From: Candidatus Thorarchaeota archaeon
GTDB taxonomy: Archaea; Asgardarchaeota; Thorarchaeia; Thorarchaeales; Thorarchaeaceae
NCBI GenBank assembly: GCA_003345595.1
Contig: PRDI01000083.1
Span: forward strand, 1-12,995
Direction of reading: 5' to 3'
DNA: 12,995 bases
Positions 1-6,819 of the stretch are shown piece after piece. Below the pieces are notes generated by a model that saw only the letters and a list, made by a program, of their open reading frames with translations, made no database searches and had not been told where the DNA came from. Both the position numbers and the translations under genes were made by a program. Position 1 is the first letter of the stretch; the number at the start of each line of letters is the position of its first letter.

Positions 1-2
1 AA

Positions 3-74
3 CTCGTGGGAGCTGCAATAGAAGAGCAGGAAACCGTAAGGGCTTCTGCGGACAATGTCAGTGAAGTGCCGTAG
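3..74 (+). CDS. Possible C-terminal end of a gene entering from the left edge (partial, unknown product)
   Basis: The frame from position 3 reads LVGAAIEEQETVRASADNVSEVP to TAG at 72-74 and converges on htrA. Too short to identify. Confidence 0.35.
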   Translation, partial: LVGAAIEEQETVRASADNVSEVP

Positions 75-175
75 AGAGCGGGAGTGGGCTCGTGGCTCTT
101 TGTTTGACAGTCATATGTCATTCTTTGACGCTGGCCCCCACAGGCACCTTGCACCAGGGCGATTCCGACGTGTGT

Positions 176-1114
176 CTATGGCAATGCTTGTAGTGTGACA
201 TAGGTTTCGAAGGTGTCATCCTGTCTATGAAGAGTAACGCGGAGCTTCGAGCCAACCTTCTTTTTCGCAATGAGACCGCGAAGTTCTTCCATGCTGACTA
301 TCTTCTTGCCATCAATAGCAGTGATGACATCTCCCGGCCTCAGGCCCGCCTTGAAAGATGGACCTCGAGGCACTTGCATAAGCAAAGCACCTTCGTCAAC
401 TGTGAGCTGAAAGTGTGAAGCAAGACCCCGGTTAAGGGTGACCCCCATTATTCCCATCCAAGGCGACTGCACAGAACCTGTCGAAACGAGCTCCTCAAAG
501 ACATCCTTGATACGGTCAACTGCGAGAGCGAACCCAATTCCTTGGCTCCATGGAACCATCGCGGTGGGCATTCCGATCAGCTTGCCCTGTGTGTCCACAA
601 GAGCTCCTCCAGAGTTGCCCGGGTTGATCTGAGCGGAGGTCTGTATCAGGCCTTCGAGGAAGACTTCCTCGTTCTGGATTGTTCGCTCCAAGGCGCTAAT
701 CATCCCGAACGTGACAGTCGTTCCGAGCCCCAGAGGGTTGCCCACTGCAATGGCGAACTGGCCAACCTTGAGATTGTTCGACTCGCCTAAATCAATCGGA
801 ATCAGCTTCTTCCCCTCTATCTTCACCACTGCAAGATCCCTCACTCTCGACTGACCAACCAAGACAGCCTCGTATGATTCTCCGTCTGACAGGGTCACGT
901 GGATGTCCCGGGCACCTTCCACGACATGGGAGTTTGTGACAATGAAGCCTTTGTCCGTCAGGATAACGCCAGATCCCTGACCTTGAACTGGGACTATCTG
1001 TGAAAGCTGTACTCGTGCCAATGCGACCGTGGACACGCTTACAACGCTGGGTACAACTTTCTCGACAACCTCTACGAACCTCGATTCGAGTTCCCTAATC
1101 ACTGGCTCTGACAT
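176..1114 (-). CDS. htrA: HtrA/DegP-family trypsin-like serine protease with one C-terminal PDZ domain, no signal peptide
   Basis: Catalytic triad motifs TNSHVV, DLAVVK and INPGNSGGAL, plus AVGNPLGL and a PDZ segment GLRPGDVITAIDG. ATG at 1114 is preferred over 1141 because a TTAATA box lies about 27 nt upstream of it. Confidence 0.93.
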   Translation of the reverse strand: MSEPVIRELESRFVEVVEKVVPSVVSVSTVALARVQLSQIVPVQGQGSGVILTDKGFIVTNSHVVEGARDIHVTLSDGESYEAVLVGQSRVRDLAVVKIEGKKLIPIDLGESNNLKVGQFAIAVGNPLGLGTTVTFGMISALERTIQNEEVFLEGLIQTSAQINPGNSGGALVDTQGKLIGMPTAMVPWSQGIGFALAVDRIKDVFEELVSTGSVQSPWMGIMGVTLNRGLASHFQLTVDEGALLMQVPRGPSFKAGLRPGDVITAIDGKKIVSMEELRGLIAKKKVGSKLRVTLHRQDDTFETYVTLQALP

Positions 1115-1140
1115 GGTTTCAGCGGTAGTATCTACCTGCA

Positions 1141-1146
1141 TATTAA
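1141..1146 (-). promoter_or_regulatory. Candidate archaeal TATA box for a nearly leaderless htrA transcript
   Basis: TTAATA on the minus strand, 27-32 nt upstream of the ATG at 1114, which is typical archaeal spacing. Confidence 0.4.
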
Positions 1147-1266
1147 CTTGGACATCGGCACACTATTCTGGCATCCGAGCCTCCCTATGCGAATTTCGCC
1201 TAGCTCCAGATCCTCCTCAAATAGGGTGTTGGTGAAGGCGGGAAACTTGGGTGGATTCTCGTGATT

Positions 1267-1289
1267 TGACTGACGCAGAAAGTCAGTCA
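1267..1289. repeat. Perfect 8-bp inverted repeat TGACTGAC-N7-GTCAGTCA
   Basis: Read directly: 1267-1274 and 1282-1289 are exact reverse complements, in the divergent htrA/DUF362 spacer. Confidence 0.7.
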
Positions 1290-1467
1290 CTTCAGTAATG
1301 AATTCCGGGGCGGCCAAAACGCTATCATTTGGGATACTTCAGTTGCCGGTTATCTGGCTGATTTACAGGTTCGATGTCGACCACCCGGGCCGTCTATGCG
1401 TCCGTCATCTACTCGTGGGACAACCATTGAGAAAGGTATTTGATGAGCCGCCCTCATAACCATCCGT

Positions 1468-2322
1468 ATGAGCTTGAGTCCCTACGTCCGTGGCGGGAAG
1501 TATCTTGTCAGCAAAGTCAGCGTAGGAGCAGACTTGCGGACTGCAATAGAGAAGTCCGTCAAGCTGATTGGCGGCTTCGAGAGAGTAATCAGTTCGGGAG
1601 ACACTGTCACTATCAAGCCCAACCTGAACACAGCGGACCCGTTTCCTGCTTCCAGTGATCCCGAATTCATCAAGACTCTAGGGAAGCTGATACTCAACGC
1701 TGGAGCCGCGCGCCTTCAAATCATGGACAGCTCGACACTGTACGATTCAACGCGTGAGGTGGCCACCAAGGTGGGACTTGACCAAGTAGCAGAAGAACTC
1801 GGAGCCCAGCTTACGCTGCTGGACGAACATGAGTGGGTGAAAGTAGAGATTCCGAAAGGAGTCTACCTAAAGAGTGTTCGAATAGGGAAGCCACTTCTTG
1901 ACATGGGAAAGCTCGTTCTGGCGCCGTGCCTCAAGACCCACAAGTTCGCAAGCTACACAGGTGCGATGAAGCTCTTTGTTGGATGGGTCAAGCCTTCAGA
2001 CCGTCTCAGGATGCACGCCAGACATCTTGAGGAGAAGGTCGCAGAGGTGGCGTCTCGCTTCAGTCCATCTCTGATTGTCATGGACGCAAGAAAGGTCTTT
2101 GTAACTGGCGGTCCTGCGTCCGGGGAAGTCAGAGAACCCGGATTTGTTATAGCCAGCGGAGACCCAGTTTCGGCCGATGTCGTGGGTGTGAGAATCCTCC
2201 AAGGTTACAGCGCTGACAACCGGCTAGGCCGAGATGTATGGCAGCTATCACAGATCAGGCATGCTGTTCGAATTGGACTTGGCGCCAGGAGTGATGACGA
2301 AATAGGTGTCGTCAGCGGTTGA
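1468..2322 (+). CDS. DUF362 domain-containing protein
   Basis: Family motifs GDTVTIKPN, PCLKTH...TGAMK, IVMDA...GGP and ASGDPVSAD. No appended ferredoxin CxxCxxC domain. Confidence 0.85.
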   Translation: MSLSPYVRGGKYLVSKVSVGADLRTAIEKSVKLIGGFERVISSGDTVTIKPNLNTADPFPASSDPEFIKTLGKLILNAGAARLQIMDSSTLYDSTREVATKVGLDQVAEELGAQLTLLDEHEWVKVEIPKGVYLKSVRIGKPLLDMGKLVLAPCLKTHKFASYTGAMKLFVGWVKPSDRLRMHARHLEEKVAEVASRFSPSLIVMDARKVFVTGGPASGEVREPGFVIASGDPVSADVVGVRILQGYSADNRLGRDVWQLSQIRHAVRIGLGARSDDEIGVVSG

Positions 2323-2343
2323 CGACTAGCTGATTTGGGACTT

Positions 2344-4233
2344 TCATGAGGGCCGAACTCCGGGCTCACATGGGACCTTGCCGCCCGAGAATGAGCCTTT
2401 TGGCAGCTTTGGAAACCGTATGTGGAACTCTGCGCCCATGCCGGGTTCATTCGCCACTCTGTCAGAAACCTCGATCTTTCCTCCATACTTCTCAATGATC
2501 TGATTCGACTGGTGCAGACCCATGCCTCCGAACCGACGAGCCAAGTCGAAAAGAGTCGCCTTGACCGAATCGGGTATCCCAGGACCATTGTCCCCGACTG
2601 ACACTACGTACGAGGAGCCCTCTTGTCGCAAACTGACCCACACATGCTTTTCAGGCCGCAGGTTGTGCTCCACGGCATTCACAAGAATATTGGAAAGAAG
2701 CAGCTCCAAGAATTCGTCGGCACAGACGTAAGCGTCAGACGTCGTTGAGGAGGTCTCAAACGTGGCCTCCTTTAGGCGCGCCGAGAGAGCTTGCACACAA
2801 CCATTGAGAGCAACGCTCAGAGACCTCTCAACCAGAGGAATAGTCATCAGCTGTTCCGTGGCCCTCACTTCTTCTATCATTCTTGAGCACCTCTGAACCG
2901 AGTTCTCAAGCACATCCATGAAGGAGTTGCGCATGCCATCATCGGTCGCAGTACGCAAGAGAGCTGCACTATTGAGGATGACCTGTAGTTGATTGCGTAT
3001 GTCGTGACACATAAGGTCCAAGTAGAATGTCGCACGGTCCTTGACCGTTTTAATCTTCCTCTCAGCTCTCACACGATCCGTCACATCGATCAGGACCGTC
3101 TGGACTGCATGCCTACCTTCGTACTCAATCCTGCTTGAGAAGGCTTCGACCCAGCAAATCTCTCCGTTCTTCCGCACCAGTCGATATTGGTACCGTGGCG
3201 GCATTGGACGACGTCCACTGCGGTCTTCTATTCTCTTCCTGAGCTCGTCCCTGTCTTCAGGATGTATGATGTCCCAGACCTGGTTTATGCCCAATGCCAT
3301 GAGCTCGTCAACCGAATGGCCAACCATATCAGCAAATGCCCTGTTCACATATGCGAAACCCTTGTCTGAGAGAATCATAAGCCCCTGATTCAGTTGCTCT
3401 GCGAGTGTCCTGTACTTCGCCTCTGAAGTCCGAAGTGCCGCCTCCCTCTCGATATCATCGGTCACATCGACTATTAGTACTTGCAATGCTGGCCTGTCCT
3501 CGTAGTCAACCAAACTCGAGTAGGCCTCTCCCCAACGTGTAGAACCATCACGTGTGACGAAACGGTAGCTGTACCTTGATGGGACATCCTTTCCGGCTTC
3601 GCGTTCTGCAGCCAGCATCCTCACACGTTTCCTGTCGTCCGGATGCACAAGAGACCATGCTTTGGTAGAGGTCATCTTCAGTATCTCTTCGGGGTCGTAG
3701 CCGAGCATGTTCGCGAATGCCCTGTTCACATAGACATACCTACCACTCTGAATGATGACCAGACCCTGAAGGCTTCCCTCTGCAAGGGCCTTGTACTTGG
3801 CCTCGGATCTTTCGTGAGCTTCCTCTGCCCATCTACGCTCAGTGATGTCGGTAATGGTTGCAAAAGATCCCCGCCTCGTACCTTTCTCGTCTATCAATGG
3901 TGCTCCAGAAACAATGGTCGGGACCTTCCGGCCCTTTTTCGTGGTCCATGTCAGCTCATATTGCGAGGGGATTCTCTTAGCTCTCTTCTTATCCTGCTCG
4001 TCAAGAATCCTCTTGTTCAGATCATCCAAGAACTCGTGCACGTCGTGGCCAATCATTTCTGGCACGGAGTATCCCAACATAGCGGCGAGCCGCTTGTTGA
4101 CATAGGTGAACTTGCTGTGGAGGTCAGCAACGCCAAGGCCCTCGTTCATGCTGTCTACAAGGGCATGGTACCGGAGTAGTTCCTCCCTCGCGGCATTCTT
4201 GTCTCGCGTCTGAGATGAACGTGCTTTAGACAT
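2344..4233 (-). CDS. Soluble sensor histidine kinase with three PAS/PAC domains
   Basis: Three PAS repeats (YVNKRLAAMLGY, YVNRAFANMLGY, YVNRAFADMVGH), H-box LMCHDIRNQL, N-box NILVNAVEH, G1 DNGPGIP, G2 GGMGL. No TM segment. ATG at 4233 (MSKARS) is preferred over 4374 because GAGGT lies just upstream. Confidence 0.92.
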   Translation of the reverse strand: MSKARSSQTRDKNAAREELLRYHALVDSMNEGLGVADLHSKFTYVNKRLAAMLGYSVPEMIGHDVHEFLDDLNKRILDEQDKKRAKRIPSQYELTWTTKKGRKVPTIVSGAPLIDEKGTRRGSFATITDITERRWAEEAHERSEAKYKALAEGSLQGLVIIQSGRYVYVNRAFANMLGYDPEEILKMTSTKAWSLVHPDDRKRVRMLAAEREAGKDVPSRYSYRFVTRDGSTRWGEAYSSLVDYEDRPALQVLIVDVTDDIEREAALRTSEAKYRTLAEQLNQGLMILSDKGFAYVNRAFADMVGHSVDELMALGINQVWDIIHPEDRDELRKRIEDRSGRRPMPPRYQYRLVRKNGEICWVEAFSSRIEYEGRHAVQTVLIDVTDRVRAERKIKTVKDRATFYLDLMCHDIRNQLQVILNSAALLRTATDDGMRNSFMDVLENSVQRCSRMIEEVRATEQLMTIPLVERSLSVALNGCVQALSARLKEATFETSSTTSDAYVCADEFLELLLSNILVNAVEHNLRPEKHVWVSLRQEGSSYVVSVGDNGPGIPDSVKATLFDLARRFGGMGLHQSNQIIEKYGGKIEVSDRVANEPGMGAEFHIRFPKLPKGSFSGGKVPCEPGVRPS

Positions 4234-4409
4234 CGAATCGTGACCTCGGGCCTCAGGTGGTCGCCTGGTGTCTGATAAGACGTTATGTTTCTGCGCATAC
4301 ATATTCTTCTGCGTTGTGGTGATTGTTACTCTGTCCTGATGACGCAAGACAGTGTCTTGTTCCTGCAACCACAAGACTTTCTACTTGGTTCGCGAACCTA
4401 CGCTATGGA

Positions 4410-4458
4410 GCATGAAACCGGCACGTGCACCGTCAACTCGGCATGAAACTGGAACCTG
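4410..4458 (+). repeat. Imperfect 18-bp direct repeat with a 31-bp period upstream of the MaoC gene
   Basis: GCATGAAACCGGCACGTG (4410-4427) vs GCATGAAACTGGAACCTG (4441-4458), 15/18 identical. Confidence 0.6.
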
Positions 4459-4470
4459 GTTGGTGGAATA

Positions 4471-4896
4471 ATGAAAGTGACGAAATACTCCGACATAATG
4501 GTCGGTCAGTCCGCACAGACTGTCCACACTATCACCGAGAAAGATATCGAGGCATTCGGATCGCTTACAGGCGACTACAACCCGCTTCATTTCAACGAGG
4601 AGTGGGCGAAGACGACCATGTTCGAGGGAAGGATAGCCCATGGGCTACTCACCGCTTCGTTCATCAGCACAACGATTGGCATGAAACTCCCCGGCTCAGG
4701 TACAATCCTCCTGAGTCAGACTCTGAGCTTCAAGCGTCCAGTCAGGATAGGCGATACCATCACTGCAAGAGCTGAGGTCGTCAAGAAAGACGAAGAAAAA
4801 CAGCACATAACGATGAAGACCGTGTGCACGAATCAGCGGGGCGAGGCCGTGCTTGAAGGCGAAGCCACCGTTAAGTTGCTTAGGATGACTGAGTAG
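4471..4896 (+). CDS. maoC: MaoC/PhaJ-like hot-dog-fold (R)-specific enoyl-CoA hydratase/dehydratase
   Basis: Hydratase-2 motif FGSLTGDYNPLH...FEGRIAHGLL, then LPGSG and FKRPVRIGDTI; 141 aa. Confidence 0.9.
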   Translation: MKVTKYSDIMVGQSAQTVHTITEKDIEAFGSLTGDYNPLHFNEEWAKTTMFEGRIAHGLLTASFISTTIGMKLPGSGTILLSQTLSFKRPVRIGDTITARAEVVKKDEEKQHITMKTVCTNQRGEAVLEGEATVKLLRMTE

Positions 4897-4929
4897 CAGG
4901 CGACGCTATGACACTTATCAGTGGACCTT

Positions 4930-4974
4930 CCTCACAGTCTTGTACAAAGAGTCGTCAGGCCTCACAGTATTGCA
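4930..4974 (+). repeat. Imperfect 15-bp direct repeat with a 30-bp period upstream of the SRPBCC gene
   Basis: CCTCACAGTCTTGTA (4930-4944) vs CCTCACAGTATTGCA (4960-4974), 13/15 identical. Confidence 0.6.
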
Positions 4975-5044
4975 GACTGGAGTACGTATGCGTCACACAA
5001 ATAAGTCATCGACATATCACTCAGATTCAAGAGGTGCAAGGCTA

Positions 5045-5950
5045 GTGGCAGACGCGGATAAGGAACCTGTTCTGCCGGTGATTCGTCTCAGCATGCGGCT
5101 GGCAAAACCCGTTGAAGAGGTTTGGAGCACCTTCGTTGATCCGCTGATAATGCTGCAATGGCTGGGAAACGAGGTCACAGCTGACATACGTAAAGGTGGC
5201 TCCATAAGATTTCTTGGCAAGAACGCCCCAACGAACTCTGTGATTGGGGACACATGGACAATCGACAAGTTTCAGAATGGCAGAGCGATGCTATGCAGCT
5301 GGGGCATCATGGGAGTCGACACCCTGTTCCTCATCAGGTTCACTCAGGAATCAACTGGCACACTCCTTGAACTGAAGCATGGGGCGATACCTGTATCCGC
5401 GAGCGCATTGCACATTCCCGAGCACTGGGGCATTCTGCTTGCGAACTTCAAGTCAGTAATGGAACTAGGGGAACCTGCAATCCGTTTTGATTACTCGGAT
5501 TATAGACCGCTGAGCATCACGCGATATGACCCTAAGGAGGTCCGACAGAGCGTGCTCATCCGGGCCCCTCCTTCGCTCCCATTCGACGTCTTCACCAACC
5601 CAGAAAAGCTGCGCCACTTCATTCGAGCAGAGAAACCCAAGGTCGATCGCCAGTATGCGGGAATCTACACTTGGTGGGCGGAGGGAAAGGGCCCAGTCCT
5701 CTTCCGCAAGATGTCCGCTGAAAAAGAGATAGAATTCTCGTGGGTGTACGAAGACGAACCTGAAACCATAGTCAATGTCAGGTTCGACGCTGCAGAAGAC
5801 AACACGTTGGTGACTCTACACCACTACGGCTTTCGTGAGCCCGAAGCCGCCATCGGCTATGATGTAGGCTGGACCAGCATTCTGTGCGAACTGAAGCTCG
5901 TTTGCGAGTTGGGCGAGTCGGGTATCACCAGAGTAAGCGAATGGGTCTAG
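5045..5950 (+). CDS. Tandem SRPBCC (AHSA1/START-like helix-grip) domain protein
   Basis: Two repeats of the AHSA1-like pattern: PVEEVWSTFVDP...W...TLLELKH...HWGILLANFKSVMELG and PPSLPFDVFTNPEKL...FSW...TLVTLHHYGF...GWTSILCELKLVCELG. GTG at 5045 is preceded by GAGGTG (5031-5036) and is preferred over 4940. Confidence 0.85.
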   Translation: MADADKEPVLPVIRLSMRLAKPVEEVWSTFVDPLIMLQWLGNEVTADIRKGGSIRFLGKNAPTNSVIGDTWTIDKFQNGRAMLCSWGIMGVDTLFLIRFTQESTGTLLELKHGAIPVSASALHIPEHWGILLANFKSVMELGEPAIRFDYSDYRPLSITRYDPKEVRQSVLIRAPPSLPFDVFTNPEKLRHFIRAEKPKVDRQYAGIYTWWAEGKGPVLFRKMSAEKEIEFSWVYEDEPETIVNVRFDAAEDNTLVTLHHYGFREPEAAIGYDVGWTSILCELKLVCELGESGITRVSEWV

Positions 5951-5970
5951 GTCTTTTCTCTGCACAGTTT

Positions 5971-6708
5971 CTATAGCCAGAGTAACGGTGCAGAAGGAAA
6001 GATTAGCAGCCAGACAAGACAGGCACAGACAAGTGGAACGAGGAGATTATCACGCCACCCTGTGCACAGAGCCTCGGTAATGCTCACTCCGGCCGCGACC
6101 ACGAGTATCTGAGGGATGAAGCAGAACGGACATACGTCCGGGTGAACGATCATGGCAACTATGACTGACAATGCGGTGAAAAGGAACACTGCCAGAGACC
6201 CTTCGAGGGTCTTGTCCCTGAACCGCCTCTTGACAAGCCTTCCGCCAAAGGTTCGTCCGATGACCTCCCCTGAAGCGTCGCCCCAAGACACAGCGAGAAT
6301 AGCTGCGATGAAGATTTCCGGTCGAGATAGGAAGAGGATAAACACTACAGCAAATGAGAGTAGACCCACAAACGCCGCAATGAAGGTGCTCTGCCCGGTT
6401 TCCCCTTCTCTGCTGCCCGACAGTAGCAGCTCTAACACCAGATTACTGCTGTGAGCCCACGCAAACATCAGAACCACGAAGAAAAGACCGACGGCAAGAG
6501 CCGGGCCGCTAAGGTTTGAGTAGCCAAAGATAGTAAGACCTATCACTGTACCCATCACTGAGTGAACGACCTTTCTTGATGCCCATCTGGGGGCACCAAT
6601 CTTTGACATCCTATGGGCAGCCTCAATGACAACCGACGCAACGAAACAAGTGCTTATGGCCATTACAACGTCGAGGACTGCAAGTTCTCCGAAGTATAGC
6701 TCTACCAT
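5971..6708 (-). CDS. Integral membrane CTP-dependent kinase of the dolichol/phytol/diacylglycerol kinase (SEC59/VTE5/DGK1) family
   Basis: Multiple hydrophobic segments and motifs SRKVVH, WGDASGEVIG...FG, KTLEGS and DNLLVP. Confidence 0.85.
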   Translation of the reverse strand: MVELYFGELAVLDVVMAISTCFVASVVIEAAHRMSKIGAPRWASRKVVHSVMGTVIGLTIFGYSNLSGPALAVGLFFVVLMFAWAHSSNLVLELLLSGSREGETGQSTFIAAFVGLLSFAVVFILFLSRPEIFIAAILAVSWGDASGEVIGRTFGGRLVKRRFRDKTLEGSLAVFLFTALSVIVAMIVHPDVCPFCFIPQILVVAAGVSITEALCTGWRDNLLVPLVCACLVWLLIFPSAPLLWL

Positions 6709-6819
6709 GTCTGAGGAGCCACGAAGTGGAAGTCTCTTTTCTGTCTATTCGTGATGTGAGCAGGTCTTTGTGTTCGCAAATGGAAAGACAAAACAATAGG
6801 GGACGATTGCATTTGACTT

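Noticed and set aside
105-120. TGACA-N6-TGTCA inverted repeat
   Set aside because: Only 5-bp arms, in a region that appears to lie between convergent genes; expected by chance.
1132-1317. 61-aa minus-strand ORF upstream of htrA
   Set aside because: TTG start, no recognisable motif, and it runs over the likely htrA TATA box.
1366-1392. GGTTCGA resembling a tRNA T-loop
   Set aside because: The flanks do not form a T-stem and no acceptor or anticodon arms can be built.
4234-4374. 47-aa N-terminal extension of the kinase in the ORF track
   Set aside because: It covers the AT-rich divergent promoter and palindromes; ATG 4233 has an RBS and directly precedes the PAS region.
4336-4440. Hammerhead-ribozyme-like elements: CTGATGA (4336-4342), then GAAAC and a hairpin ending in GTC
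   Set aside because: Stem I cannot form and stem II lacks a closing pair next to GAAA.
4940-5044. 35-aa N-terminal extension of the SRPBCC ORF
   Set aside because: TTG start lies inside the direct repeat; GTG 5045 has a GAGGTG RBS and starts near the domain boundary.
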